A stretch of DNA of 32,000 bases from Candidatus Nanobsidianus stetteri (GTDB taxonomy: Archaea > Nanobdellota > Nanobdellia > Nanobdellales > Nanobdellaceae): the NCBI RefSeq assembly GCF_003086415.1, contig NZ_QEFP02000006.1, positions 1 through 32,000 of the forward strand. Direction: 5' to 3'. The notes under the pieces are model-generated. The model was given only the letters and a program-made list of their open reading frames with translations. It had not been told where the DNA came from and made no database searches. How positions within the stretch are numbered: the stretch's first letter is position 1; the number at the start of each line of letters is the position of its first letter. Below are positions 22,957 through 32,000 of the stretch, in pieces. The position numbers and the translations under genes are program-made.

Positions 22957-23787
22957 CTATACTTTATTATTAAACATTGCAATAGTTTCTATTACTATTT
23001 TTGATGCTAAATTATCACATACTTCATTTGAAAATAATTCTACTAAATCAAAACCAATTAGATTAATATTTCTTAATTCCTTTATAATCTTAAAATAATG
23101 ATATGGTCTAATTCCAATACCTTCTAACCAATGTCCACATCCAGTATCAAATACATCTATATCAATTGAAATATATAAATTCTTATTTTTCAATATATCT
23201 GATATTTCTTTTGAAATTTCCTTTATATTATCCCAAACATCCAAAGGATTATAATATTTTATTCCCCATTCTTTTATTATATTCTTTTCTTCAAATGATA
23301 GATTAGATATACCAACAAAAATAATCTTTTCAGGTTCAATATAATTTTCCTTTATTAAATGATAAATAAGGCTTTGATAATTTGGATATGGATCTGGATG
23401 AATATCAGGATGAGCATCAAAATATAATAAATAAAAATCCCTCCAATTTTCTTTAATAATTTTTAATATTGGATATGTTATTGAATGATCTCCTCCCAAA
23501 AATATATATTTTTTATCTTTCCTATATATTTTTTTAATTTCATTATATATTTTTTCATATAATTTATCTAGATCTTTTATATCTTCTAAATCTATATCAC
23601 CATAATCATATATTTCTTCCATATTTATTTCTCCAAATATTGGAGAAAATATTCTATAAGATGCATCTCTAATTGATTCAGGTCCTTCAATATAATTTTT
23701 TATATGAGATAAACTACCAATTTCGGATGGGATTCCTACTATTATCCATTTTGATTTATCATATTCACCCTGAGCATGTGCAAACAT
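22957..23787 (-). CDS. speB: Agmatinase (ureohydrolase / arginase family)
   Basis: 276 aa. Mn-binding motifs of the arginase fold: GGDHSITYP, FDAHPDIHPD, SIDIDVFD. Confidence 0.85.
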   Translation of the reverse strand: MFAHAQGEYDKSKWIIVGIPSEIGSLSHIKNYIEGPESIRDASYRIFSPIFGEINMEEIYDYGDIDLEDIKDLDKLYEKIYNEIKKIYRKDKKYIFLGGDHSITYPILKIIKENWRDFYLLYFDAHPDIHPDPYPNYQSLIYHLIKENYIEPEKIIFVGISNLSFEEKNIIKEWGIKYYNPLDVWDNIKEISKEISDILKNKNLYISIDIDVFDTGCGHWLEGIGIRPYHYFKIIKELRNINLIGFDLVELFSNEVCDNLASKIVIETIAMFNNKV

Positions 23788-23820
23788 TAAACTAAAATAA
23801 TTATCATACTTATATTTTTA

Positions 23821-24435
23821 ATGGATAAAGAAAAAATGATTGAAGAATTAAATAATCAAATATCAAAATGTACAAGATGTCCTTTATATAAATTTAAAAC
23901 AAATTATGTTCCAGGTGATGGTAATCCAAATTCAAAGATATTATTTATAGGGGAAGCACCTGGTAGAGAAGAGGATAAACAGGGAAAACCTTTTGTTGGA
24001 AAAGCTGGACAAGTATTAACTGAAAATATAAAAAATATATTAAATATGGATAGAAAAGATGTATATATAACAAATGTTGTTAAATGCAGACCACCAGAAA
24101 ATAGAGAACCTGAAGAAGAAGAAATAAAAGCATGTTCCATTTGGCTAGAAAAGCAATTAGAAATAATTCAACCAGATATAATAGTAACTCTAGGTCATTA
24201 TTCGACAAAATGGATTTTTGATTACTTTAAATTAAAATTTTCTTCAATAACAAAATTGAGAGGAAAAATATTTAAAGTAAATAAATGGGGAAAAATTATT
24301 ACAATAATTCCAACATTACATCCAGCATCTACATTATATCATAAAGAATGGAGAGAATATTTTGATCAAGATTTTAAAACAATAAAAGAAATATTAAATA
24401 AAGATAAAAGGGAGGGAATATTAAAATTTATATGA
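23821..24435 (+). CDS. udg: Uracil-DNA glycosylase, family 4 (Fe-S type)
   Basis: 204 aa. CTRCPLY, ILFIGEAPGREEDKQGKPFVGKAGQVL, NVVKCRPPENREP, ..ACSIWL.. and HPAS are typical family-4 UDG motifs and cluster Cys residues. Confidence 0.9.
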   Translation: MDKEKMIEELNNQISKCTRCPLYKFKTNYVPGDGNPNSKILFIGEAPGREEDKQGKPFVGKAGQVLTENIKNILNMDRKDVYITNVVKCRPPENREPEEEEIKACSIWLEKQLEIIQPDIIVTLGHYSTKWIFDYFKLKFSSITKLRGKIFKVNKWGKIITIIPTLHPASTLYHKEWREYFDQDFKTIKEILNKDKREGILKFI

Positions 24436-24485
24436 TGATGTTGCGCGCGACTGAATAAATGATGAATACACCTCCTCCCTGAAAA
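24430..24485 (+). ncRNA. C/D box sRNA (2'-O-methylation guide) overlapping the udg stop codon
   Basis: C box AUGAUGA (24432-24438, contains the udg TGA), guide UGUUGCGCGCGA (12 nt), D' CUGA (24451-24454), spacer AUAA, C' AUGAUGA (24459-24465), guide AUACACCUCCUCC (13 nt), D CUGA (24479-24482). A GC-rich island within an AT-rich spacer. Confidence 0.75.
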
Positions 24486-24515
24486 AATATAAAATAGTTA
24501 AAATATTAATTAATT

Positions 24516-24902
24516 ATGGATAACATTCAAGATTTAGAAAACCAATTATTAACTCAAATAAGAAATTTATTATCACAAATAAATAACTATGTTTTACAAT
24601 TACAAAGTTTAAATGAATATGAAAAAAATATTAGTGGAAATCCATATATTTTATATAATTATCAAATGCAAGAAATTAATAATTTAATAAATTTAATGAA
24701 ATTGTTAATAAGTATTCTAGAAAGTATAAAAGATTATATAACTTTATATTATAAAGAAATAAGTGGAAATACATATATAACACCAAATATAAAAGTTGAA
24801 ATAATTGGACAAATAAATAATGGAATAAAAGAAATAAAAAGCATGATTGATAAATTATTTGTAGAAATAGAAATATTAACTAATAATTTACAGAGATTTT
24901 AA
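24516..24902 (+). CDS. Hypothetical helical / coiled-coil protein with an internal duplication
   Basis: 128 aa, N/Q/I/L-rich heptad-like helices. Repeated motif ISGNPYI (aa 39-45) and ISGNTYI (aa 82-88). Confidence 0.55.
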   Translation: MDNIQDLENQLLTQIRNLLSQINNYVLQLQSLNEYEKNISGNPYILYNYQMQEINNLINLMKLLISILESIKDYITLYYKEISGNTYITPNIKVEIIGQINNGIKEIKSMIDKLFVEIEILTNNLQRF

Positions 24903-25208
24903 ATATTCTATTGTATAATTCAACATATCCTCATTTATATCTAAACCCTCAATTATATACCTAAATTTTTTCTTTGGAATTATAATCTTAAATGGTTTTA
25001 ACTTTTTATGATATTGAATCAATTCAAAATTTGAATTATATAGATAAATATCCAATGGTTTTAAACAAAAAAATGTATGAACAAATCCATCTTCAACATC
25101 CTTTTTTAAATCTAAAATATATATTGTATTTTCTTTTGGTAATTGAAACATTAAACCAATAAAAGATCTAAGAGGACCAAAATATTTTATATTATACTTG
25201 TATTCCAA
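24888..25208 (-). CDS. DUF192-like protein
   Basis: 106 aa. FIGLMFQ (GLM motif), [22 protein letters not shown] (hM...pLDi.f.d) and FRYIIE (yvlE) match the DUF192 pattern as I recall it. Overlaps rps27ae by 17 nt, so probably co-transcribed. Confidence 0.6.
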   Translation of the reverse strand: MEYKYNIKYFGPLRSFIGLMFQLPKENTIYILDLKKDVEDGFVHTFFCLKPLDIYLYNSNFELIQYHKKLKPFKIIIPKKKFRYIIEGLDINEDMLNYTIEYLKSL

Positions 25209-25395
25209 TTTCTTTTATGTATCTTTTTTCTATATTTTGCTTAAATTCTGTATATCCACAATATCCACAATGATACCTATCTTTATGTTCTGCCATAAAT
25301 CTTCCACATTTTGGACATATCTTTTTTAATCTAACTACCTTATTATCTTCAACCTTATATAATCTTAATATTTTCAAATCTTTCTTTTCGCTCAT
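25192..25395 (-). CDS. rps27ae: 30S ribosomal protein eS31 (S27ae)
   Basis: 67 aa. Zinc ribbon [24 protein letters not shown], preceded by [14 protein letters not shown]. Conserved S24e-S27ae pairing with a 4-nt overlap. Confidence 0.85.
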   Translation of the reverse strand: MSEKKDLKILRLYKVEDNKVVRLKKICPKCGRFMAEHKDRYHCGYCGYTEFKQNIEKRYIKEIGIQV

Positions 25396-25676
25396 TGTAT
25401 AATTTTATTCCTTTTTAATATATGTTTTGGCTCTAATTTTTTCATATCTTCCTCATTCTGATATACATTTATAAATGCTTTTGATCTCTGTTTTCCAAAT
25501 TCTGTCAATATTTTTTCTACTACAATTAAATTCTTGTCTTTTCCAATCATTGCTGAAATTTTTTCCCTTATATCATCCCTCTTTGGTGTTGGTTCATTTT
25601 TATGATCTATTAAAACAATAATTTCTTCTCTATTTAATAATTGATTATTTTCCCTATTTATTATTTTTAGATCCAT
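25392..25676 (-). CDS. rps24e: 30S ribosomal protein eS24
   Basis: 94 aa. [51 protein letters not shown] is the typical S24e layout. Confidence 0.88.
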   Translation of the reverse strand: MDLKIINRENNQLLNREEIIVLIDHKNEPTPKRDDIREKISAMIGKDKNLIVVEKILTEFGKQRSKAFINVYQNEEDMKKLEPKHILKRNKIIQ

Positions 25677-25730
25677 GTAAATAATTTATATGATATAATT
25701 TTTTAAAATGATGAATAGAAATAGTATAAA

Positions 25731-26042
25731 ATGAACGATATCACTATAATGACTTATGGTCTATCATTCATAATAGGATATTTCTCAGCAGAATACATAA
25801 TTAAGAAATTTTCACCAGAATTCTTTATTGAAATTAGAACAAAGACAAGGGAATATAGAGCAAAAATTCATCATTTATATTTATCAATATTTGGAATAGT
25901 ATCAATAATAATTGGAACAATTACATATTTATATGAATTATATATATTAACAACATTATTTTTAGGTGCAGCAATTCATGATGCGGTATTGGAAATAAGA
26001 AAAAGATTAAAAAAATTAGATTATATTAAACAAAGCAAGTAA
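25731..26042 (+). CDS. Small membrane protein (2-3 TM), unknown function
   Basis: 103 aa with hydrophobic segments at the N-terminus and in the middle, and a basic C-terminal tail. No homology recognised. Confidence 0.5.
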   Translation: MNDITIMTYGLSFIIGYFSAEYIIKKFSPEFFIEIRTKTREYRAKIHHLYLSIFGIVSIIIGTITYLYELYILTTLFLGAAIHDAVLEIRKRLKKLDYIKQSK

Positions 26043-26313
26043 TCCTACTATTAAACCTCCAATTCCAATTAAATCTGTTGGAGATACCTTTTCAGATACT
26101 ACTATTTGAGATTGTGTATAGTTTGCTATTACATTGTTTGGTCCTAATACATATATTGGGACTTGAGTACTAAATGATGAAGAACCATATGTAGAATTAC
26201 ATATTATACCATATAATAAACTACTTATACCACTAGAAGCTCCTAGAATATTTATATCTAATTCTGCAGATCCATAAGAATAAAATAAATGATAATAAGT
26301 ATATTTTTCTCAT
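26016..26313 (-). pseudogene. Frameshifted small secreted / C-terminally anchored protein gene (pseudogene, sequencing error or +1 frameshift)
   Basis: ATG at 26313 gives MRKIYLLSFILFLW... (signal-peptide-like), stopping at 26233. The +1 frame is open from 26309 to the stop at 26016-26018 with no ATG/GTG/TTG start. It encodes ...YGSAELDINILGASSGISSLLYGIICNSTYGSSSFSTQVPIYVLGPNNVIANYTQSQIVVSEKVSPTDLIGIGGLIVGLLALFNII, an S/G/N/Y-rich body plus a C-terminal TM anchor. Confidence 0.3.
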
Positions 26314-26336
26314 AAAAATTCATTCATAAAAACTTT

Positions 26337-28199
26337 TTAAATCTTATTACCAGTTGCAATTTCTATAACTTCATCTATTGTTTTTACAGGTGTTATCTTT
26401 ATCTTATCAAATAAGTCTTCAGGTATATCATTATAATTACCCTCTGGTACTATAACTTCTTTTAATTTAGATTCAATTGCAGCTTCCACTTTTGCTATTA
26501 TACCTCCAACAGGTAATACTTCTCCCCTTATTGATAAAGAACCTGTCATTGCTAGATCTTGTCTTACTGGCCAATTCTTTAATGCGGATATTATTGCAGT
26601 TGCAACAGTTATTGAAGCTGAATCTCCTTCTACACCTTCATATGTTTGTAAAAATTGAACATGAACCTTATATTTCTTCAAATCTTCTCCAAATTTCTTT
26701 TTTACTACTGCAGATACATTTACTATTGCCTCTTTTGCAATTTTTCCTAAATTTCCGGTAGCAGTAATTTCTCTACCACCCTTTCCAGGTACAACCTCTG
26801 CCTCTACAGGTAATACCAATCCTGAATAATATAACCTTGATCCAATTACTGCCAATCCATTTACCCTTCCAATTTCATATCCCTCAGTTTTTATTATTTG
26901 ATATTCTTTCCTTCTTTCAATATAATATTTAGATATTTGTTCTTCAATTGTTAATGCCTTTTCCTTTGCTTCTATAACATCTTCAGGTTCTACATATTTT
27001 TTTCCTTTTGATTTTGCAATATCTCCAGCTAATCTTACCAATCCTCCCAAATCTCTTAATCTTAATGTTAAATAACTTTTTCTTCCAGATCTCCTTTGAG
27101 CTTCTCTAATAATTTCTATTACAGCTTCTTTTGTAAAATGCGGTATATTACCCGTTTTCTTAATTTCCTGTGCAACAAATTGAGCAAATTTATTTGCAGT
27201 TTCTTCTGTAAATAATATTTCAGAATTCATAAATACTTCATATCCATACCCTCTTATTCTTGATCTAAATGCTGGATGCAATTTTTCTAATGTTTCTAAA
27301 TTTCCAGCTGCTACTAATACAAAATCGGCAGGAGCTGGTGTAGTTCTTACCATTGCACCAGCAGATCTCTCAGATCTTCCAAATATTGGATATTTCTTTT
27401 CTTGTAAAACGGATAATAATTCTATCTGAACCTCTGGTCTTAATGTTCCAATTTCATCTATAAACAATACCCCTTTATTTGCCTTATGTATTGCACCTGC
27501 AATTACCCTTTGATGTGGTGGAGTTTCAAGACCTCCAGATTGAAATGGATCATGTAATACATCCCCAAATAACATACCTTCAAATGCACCTGTAGCATCT
27601 ACAAATGGTACAGAAGTTCTATTTGAATTATCTACCAATAATTTTGGTATATTTTTCATTATTTGCTTCTGCATTACCTGGAAAGAAAATGATAAACTAG
27701 CCATTAAAATCATAAATCCAATAAATGTTGCACCGGCCATTATATAATTTCCTACATAGTAAAAGTACATTGGAGTAAATGCTGATATAAGTAATAATAA
27801 AATATAGAAATATTGGAAAACTTTTGTTTGTTCCAATACTTTCTTTCTCATTTCTTCTACAATTTTTTTACCAGTTCCCATTGGTACTGTCTTTATTATT
27901 GGTTGATATTCATCATTTGGATTTGGGAATACCAATATATCTTCTAAATTTCTGACTTGTTCTTTATCTTCTGATAATATTTCTGCCAATGCCTGTGCTA
28001 GCATAGATTTACCAGTACCAGGATCTCCTATCAATAAAACATGTCTCCTCTGTTTAGCAGCTTTTTTAATTATATCCAACGCTTTATCTTGTCCAATAAT
28101 TTGATCTGATATCTTTTCAGGTACATTTATTTCTTCCGTAGTCTTAAATTTGAATATATTATATAGATCTTTTATTGATATTATTGTATTTTCGGGCAT
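26337..28199 (-). CDS. lon: Archaeal membrane-bound Lon protease (LonB)
   Basis: 620 aa. Walker [14 protein letters not shown], two TM helices inserted in the AAA+ module ([34 protein letters not shown]), Walker B VLFIDEI, and a protease domain with [16 protein letters not shown] (catalytic Ser) and ..[10 protein letters not shown] (Lys). Confidence 0.95.
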   Translation of the reverse strand: MPENTIISIKDLYNIFKFKTTEEINVPEKISDQIIGQDKALDIIKKAAKQRRHVLLIGDPGTGKSMLAQALAEILSEDKEQVRNLEDILVFPNPNDEYQPIIKTVPMGTGKKIVEEMRKKVLEQTKVFQYFYILLLLISAFTPMYFYYVGNYIMAGATFIGFMILMASLSFSFQVMQKQIMKNIPKLLVDNSNRTSVPFVDATGAFEGMLFGDVLHDPFQSGGLETPPHQRVIAGAIHKANKGVLFIDEIGTLRPEVQIELLSVLQEKKYPIFGRSERSAGAMVRTTPAPADFVLVAAGNLETLEKLHPAFRSRIRGYGYEVFMNSEILFTEETANKFAQFVAQEIKKTGNIPHFTKEAVIEIIREAQRRSGRKSYLTLRLRDLGGLVRLAGDIAKSKGKKYVEPEDVIEAKEKALTIEEQISKYYIERRKEYQIIKTEGYEIGRVNGLAVIGSRLYYSGLVLPVEAEVVPGKGGREITATGNLGKIAKEAIVNVSAVVKKKFGEDLKKYKVHVQFLQTYEGVEGDSASITVATAIISALKNWPVRQDLAMTGSLSIRGEVLPVGGIIAKVEAAIESKLKEVIVPEGNYNDIPEDLFDKIKITPVKTIDEVIEIATGNKI

Positions 28200-28206
28200 A
28201 ATACAT

Positions 28207-28229
28207 TTTATAAAATTAAAAAATATAAA
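28207..28229. promoter_or_regulatory. Crossed TATA boxes in the 38-nt lon / membrane-protein divergent spacer
   Basis: TTTATAAA at 28207-28214 lies 23 nt from the plus-strand ATG at 28238. AATATAAA at 28222-28229 (TTTATATT on minus) lies 22 nt from the lon ATG at 28199. Confidence 0.35.
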
Positions 28230-28237
28230 GATGAAAT

Positions 28238-29203
28238 ATGTTTGAATATATAAAAATAGATAGAAGAGTAATATATTATTTAATGATTATAGGTTTTTTC
28301 CTATCCTTTAATCATTGGGATAATTTATTTATTGGATTGGCTAATTTATTTTTCTCAATAATTTATACAATAATTTCATACTTTATACTTTTATTTATAT
28401 TTAATTTAGTTTCATCATTTTATGGTTTATATATTTATCTAGATAATGTTATTGCAGAATTAAAAATATTATTTTATAAAAAGAGATCTTATGCATTTTT
28501 TTATTATTTATTAATTATTTTAGAAATAATACTATTCTTTATATTTAGAAATAACCTGTTTTTATATGTTATGATATCTCTTTTTATAATATTATTCTTT
28601 TATAATTATATAAAACAATTAAAGATAAAAAGTTCAAAGAGTGAACAATTAAACTTTACATACATACATAGATATAATTTAAGTTATATAATTACAATTA
28701 TAGTATCAATAATTACACTTGGTTTATTTGTTCCAGTAATATTTTCTATGAAGCCAATAGTAATAGAATATAAAAGGCTTGGAAGAAGTAAAAATATAGA
28801 AGTAAGAAATGACGAATTATTAAGGATATTTTTCATTTCTACAATAATATTATGGATAATATATTCATCAATAAAATATATATCATCTTATTCAACAATA
28901 TTGTATGGTTTTGTTTATTATTTCTTTAATTTCTTATTTTTCTTTACATATTCATCAATAATACCAATAGGGATATTATTATCCCCATACTTATCAATTA
29001 GAAAGGGATATGTATATTCAAATAAATTTATTGGAGATACATTAATATTATCAAATACACCATTTTATCTTGCATCTATTGTAACTATCGCTCTATTGCC
29101 AATATTTTCAATAATATTTAGCCCAATAGAAGTAATAATATTTTCTCTAGCTATATTTTCTATAATATGGATTAGAAAGCAATTTGACGTTCTAACAAAA
29201 TGA
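28238..29203 (+). CDS. Polytopic membrane protein of unknown function
   Basis: 321 aa, about 8 hydrophobic segments, I/F/Y-rich. No motif recognised. Confidence 0.65.
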   Translation: MFEYIKIDRRVIYYLMIIGFFLSFNHWDNLFIGLANLFFSIIYTIISYFILLFIFNLVSSFYGLYIYLDNVIAELKILFYKKRSYAFFYYLLIILEIILFFIFRNNLFLYVMISLFIILFFYNYIKQLKIKSSKSEQLNFTYIHRYNLSYIITIIVSIITLGLFVPVIFSMKPIVIEYKRLGRSKNIEVRNDELLRIFFISTIILWIIYSSIKYISSYSTILYGFVYYFFNFLFFFTYSSIIPIGILLSPYLSIRKGYVYSNKFIGDTLILSNTPFYLASIVTIALLPIFSIIFSPIEVIIFSLAIFSIIWIRKQFDVLTK

Positions 29204-29271
29204 TATAAAAATTATTAAGGTCCATATTCATTGATTAATAGTAAAAAATTAATAATATTTAAAAGGTTAAC

Positions 29272-29279
29272 TTTATAAA
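29272..29279 (+). promoter_or_regulatory. TATA box TTTATAAA upstream of tfb
   Basis: 21 nt from the ATG at 29301, with purine-rich AAAAGG just upstream (possible BRE). Confidence 0.45.
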
Positions 29280-29300
29280 CATAATATTTAAAAATTTATT

Positions 29301-30227
29301 ATGGTCCAAAAGCTTATAAAAAATCCAGAATTAAAATGTCCAGTATGTGGAAGTACAGAATTTATATACAATGAAAAGACAGCAGAGCTAGTATGTGCAA
29401 AATGTGGTTATGTAATTGAGGAAGTTCCATATCTAGGAAAGGAATACAGGACAATAAATTCAGAAGATGCAGAAAAATTATCAAGAACTGGTAGTGCAAT
29501 GAGGTATACAAATATACCAAGTATGATATCAACAGAAATTGGAAAGGCAGAATCAAAAGATGAAGATACAACATTATCAAGAAAATTAAAGAAATGGCAA
29601 CAAAGATCCACAAGTTCTTATGAAAGAAATTTAAAATTAGCACAACAAGAATTAAGAAGAATTTCTTCATTCTTACAATTGCCAAAACAAGTAGAAGAAA
29701 CAGCATTGAAATTATATTTAGATGCTGTTGAAAAAGGATTAATTAGAGGAAGATCTGTAGAAACAGTCATTGCTGCATGTACATATATAGCATGTAGAAT
29801 ACATGATGTTGCAAGAACAATAGATGAAATAGTTAAAGCATCAAATATACATAAAAAAGAATTAGGAAGGACATATAAACATCTATTACAAGCATTAAAG
29901 ATAAAAATACAACCAATAGATGTTACAGAATATGTACATAGATTTTCATCATTATTGGGTTTACCACCAGAAGTTGTATCTACAGCAATAGAAATTGTTA
30001 ATAAAGCAAAAGAATCTGATATAACTGCTGGTAGAGGTCCAGCAGGAGTTGCAGCAGCTGCAATATATTTGGCATGTGTAAAGCATGGAATACAAAAGAC
30101 ACAAAAAGATATAGCAGAAGTTGCTGGAATAACTGAAGTTACAATAAGAAATAGATATAAGGAAATGTTAGAAAAATTAAATCTTAAAGATATTGAAGCA
30201 AAAATGAATAGCGCTGAGGAATGGTAA
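29301..30227 (+). CDS. tfb: Transcription initiation factor TFB (TFIIB homologue)
   Basis: 308 aa. N-terminal Zn ribbon CPVCGSTEFIYNEKTAELVCAKCGYV, B-linker, and two cyclin repeats (GRSVETVIAACTYIACR / GRGPAGVAAAAIYLAC). C-terminal HTH-like AEVAGITEVTIRNRYKEM. Confidence 0.95.
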   Translation: MVQKLIKNPELKCPVCGSTEFIYNEKTAELVCAKCGYVIEEVPYLGKEYRTINSEDAEKLSRTGSAMRYTNIPSMISTEIGKAESKDEDTTLSRKLKKWQQRSTSSYERNLKLAQQELRRISSFLQLPKQVEETALKLYLDAVEKGLIRGRSVETVIAACTYIACRIHDVARTIDEIVKASNIHKKELGRTYKHLLQALKIKIQPIDVTEYVHRFSSLLGLPPEVVSTAIEIVNKAKESDITAGRGPAGVAAAAIYLACVKHGIQKTQKDIAEVAGITEVTIRNRYKEMLEKLNLKDIEAKMNSAEEW

Positions 30228-30499
30228 TACTACCAAAGGCTCTAAAAATTAAAAATAGATATATTTTGATAGATTTTTTTGATGAAGAAAAATTAAAAAA
30301 TGATTTTATTAAATATTTTGGATATATAAATTATTATGATTTACATTTAAATAAAATAGAAATAAATAAGAGGATAATCTTGTCAATAAACAAAAAACAT
30401 TTGTATAAAATTATTTTTTTATTATATTTACAAAATATAAAAAATTTTAAAATATTTAAAACATTAAAAGGTGCAAAATCTTTTTTAAATATATCTTAA
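30221..30499 (+). CDS. rnp2: RNase P protein component 2 (Pop5 homologue), unusually short
   Basis: 92 aa. N-terminus LPKALKIKNRYILIDF matches the Pop5 LPPTLR.K.RYI.FE motif. Sits directly upstream of psmA as in the conserved archaeal superoperon. Its ATG overlaps the tfb stop. Confidence 0.65.
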   Translation: MVILPKALKIKNRYILIDFFDEEKLKNDFIKYFGYINYYDLHLNKIEINKRIILSINKKHLYKIIFLLYLQNIKNFKIFKTLKGAKSFLNIS

Positions 30500-30510
30500 A
30501 CTTTATCTTT

Positions 30511-31227
30511 ATGGAAACTGATATTGGACAATTTGGACCAATGGATAGAGGATGGGCAATATTCTCACCAGAAGGAAAATTAATATTAGTAGAATACGCA
30601 AAACAAGCTGCAAAAGCTGGATCAACAGCAATTGGAATATGTACAACAGATGGTGTATTAATAATTGCAGATAAAAAAATACCAAGCAAATTAATTATAA
30701 CAGATTCTATTGAAAAGATTATGGAAATTGATGATAATATAATTGGAACATTCTCCGGATTTATACCAGATGGTAGGGTATTAATAGATTATGCAAGGGA
30801 AATTGCTCAACAACATAAATTACAATACGGAAAACAAATAGATATAGAATTATTAGTAAGGGAAATAAGCGATATAATGCAATCTTATACAAGATTTGGT
30901 GGAGTAAGACCTTTTGCCGTATCATTAATAATTGGTGGAATAGATAAAGATGGTGAACCAAAGTTATTTTCATTAGACCCATCCGGAATATTTTATAGAT
31001 ATAAGGCTGTTGTAATTGGAGAGGGTGAGGATAAAATTACACCAATATTGGAAGAAAGATATAAAGAGATGGACTTAAATGAAGCAATTAAATTTGGAAT
31101 AGATGTATTAAAAGAATATTTGGGAAATAATTTTGCATATGAGAGATTAATATTATCATATGTAAAGAAAGGTGAAAAAGTTAAAACACTTGAAAATCAT
31201 GAAGTAAAAGAATTGTATGAAGGATAA
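30511..31227 (+). CDS. psmA: Proteasome subunit alpha
   Basis: 238 aa. DRGWAIFSPEGKLILVEYAKQAAKAGSTAIGI matches [20 protein letters not shown]. The GGVRPFAVSLIIGG region is typical. Start could be the ATG at 30511 or at 30541. Confidence 0.93.
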   Translation: METDIGQFGPMDRGWAIFSPEGKLILVEYAKQAAKAGSTAIGICTTDGVLIIADKKIPSKLIITDSIEKIMEIDDNIIGTFSGFIPDGRVLIDYAREIAQQHKLQYGKQIDIELLVREISDIMQSYTRFGGVRPFAVSLIIGGIDKDGEPKLFSLDPSGIFYRYKAVVIGEGEDKITPILEERYKEMDLNEAIKFGIDVLKEYLGNNFAYERLILSYVKKGEKVKTLENHEVKELYEG

Positions 31228-31906
31228 AGATACAGAAATAAGTATAAAATATAAAAAGGAAGGCTATAATTTTGAAATAATTGTATATTTAAAAAAGGCT
31301 TTCGAATATAAAGAAGGAAAAATAAAAGATATAAGGGAAGTATTGGCTGTAGAAGAAATTTTTAAGGATTCTAAAAAGGGAGAAAGGGCATCAACTGAAT
31401 CTTTAAAGAAGGCTTTTGGAACTACGGATGTTCTTGAAGTTGCTAAACAAATATTAGAAAATTCTGAGATTCCATTACCAACAGAATATAAGAGAGAATT
31501 AATTGAAGAAAAGAAAAAACAGATTATTGAATATATAAGAAGAATAGCATACGATAGTAAAAATAACATGCCATTAACATATGAAAGAGCAAAAGAATTA
31601 TTTGAAATGGTAAAATATAATGTAGATATAAACAAACCAGTAGAAAAACAGGCTGAAGAAGTTTTAAAGGAAATAAGAAAGAAATATCCATTAAAGATAG
31701 AATATAAAAATATAAAACTTATAGTATATCCAAATAAATTCAGGATAATTGGAATAATAAAAAATAAATATAAAATTATAAAAGAGAATTGGGGAGAAAA
31801 TTATGAAGCAATATTGGAAATACCAATTGGATTATTATCAGAATTTTATTCAGATATAGGAAAATTATGTGGGGAAGATTGTATAGTTGAGGAAATAAAA
31901 AAGTAA
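31217..31906 (+). CDS. sdo1: SBDS / Sdo1 family ribosome maturation protein
   Basis: 229 aa. FEIIVYLKKAFEYKEGKIKDIREVLAVEEIFKDSKKGERASTESLKKAFGTTDVLEVAKQIL is the typical FYSH-domain pattern. Follows psmA with an 11-nt overlap. Confidence 0.88.
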   Translation: MKDKDTEISIKYKKEGYNFEIIVYLKKAFEYKEGKIKDIREVLAVEEIFKDSKKGERASTESLKKAFGTTDVLEVAKQILENSEIPLPTEYKRELIEEKKKQIIEYIRRIAYDSKNNMPLTYERAKELFEMVKYNVDINKPVEKQAEEVLKEIRKKYPLKIEYKNIKLIVYPNKFRIIGIIKNKYKIIKENWGENYEAILEIPIGLLSEFYSDIGKLCGEDCIVEEIKK

Positions 31907-32000
31907 TTATTGGGATTTTCCTTTATCTCCGCCCTGTTTTTCAGATCCTTTTCCACCTTCAGAACCAACACTAGTACCGGAAAATATCAAAAATATTCCT
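31907..32000 (-). CDS. 3' end of an unidentified minus-strand ORF entering from beyond the window
   Basis: Open frame reads ...GIFLIFSGTSVGSEGGKGSEKQGGDKGKSQ, with its stop (TAA, plus-strand TTA at 31907-31909) immediately after the sdo1 stop. Too short to identify. Confidence 0.3.
   Translation of the reverse strand, partial: GIFLIFSGTSVGSEGGKGSEKQGGDKGKSQ

Noticed and set aside
22428-31635. ORFs at 22428-22625(-), 23904-24140(-), 26477-26761(+), 29362-29706(-), 29408-29611(-), 30456-30689(-), 30761-30982(-) and 31264-31635(-)
   Set aside because: All are antisense to confidently identified or longer genes (membrane protein, udg, lon, tfb, Pop5/psmA, sdo1) and have low-complexity translations.
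1-32000. CRISPR arrays, rRNA genes, transposases, toxin-antitoxin or other defence loci
   Set aside because: No regularly spaced direct repeats, no rRNA-like G+C-rich stretches, and no ORF with recognisable defence or transposase motifs was found on either strand.

Overview
Strongly AT-rich archaeal chromosome segment (by eye about 25-30% G+C, not computed), tightly packed with many overlapping start/stop codons. All calls come from reading the ORF translations and DNA by eye; no searches were run.

The content is mostly core information-processing genes in three conserved blocks, each visibly rearranged.

(1) ftsZ, an inverted secE-spt5 pair, then rpl11-rpl1-rplP0. The P1/L12 stalk gene is missing. 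In its place are a hypothetical gene, a C/D box sRNA, a structured hairpin and a XerA-like recombinase.

(2) The RNA polymerase operon rpoH-B''-B'-A'-A''-L30e-S12-S7 on the minus strand. NusA is absent, and a 271-aa polytopic membrane protein gene sits between S12 and S7. pdaD and cytochrome bd oxidase (cydAB) follow where EF-2 would normally be.

(3) tfb followed by the front of the exosome/proteasome superoperon (Pop5, psmA, SBDS), which stops before any exosome genes.

Other features:
- tRNA-Lys(CUU)
- FKBP-type PPIase
- a RimK-like ATP-grasp / DUF371 overlapping pair
- agmatinase
- family-4 UDG with a second C/D box sRNA on its stop codon
- S24e-S27ae-DUF192
- LonB
- several orphan membrane proteins
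- a secreted DUF2341-like protein
- a frameshifted small secreted-protein gene
- a ~440-bp noncoding island

TATA-like boxes lie about 21 nt upstream of many start codons and no Shine-Dalgarno motifs are seen, which suggests leaderless mRNAs. I see no CRISPR array, no clear mobile element and no recognisable defence system. The most system-like unexplained loci are the ATP-grasp/DUF371 pair and the hairpin plus C/D sRNA module. The compactness and split rpoB suggest a small-genome (DPANN-like) archaeon, but that is inference only.
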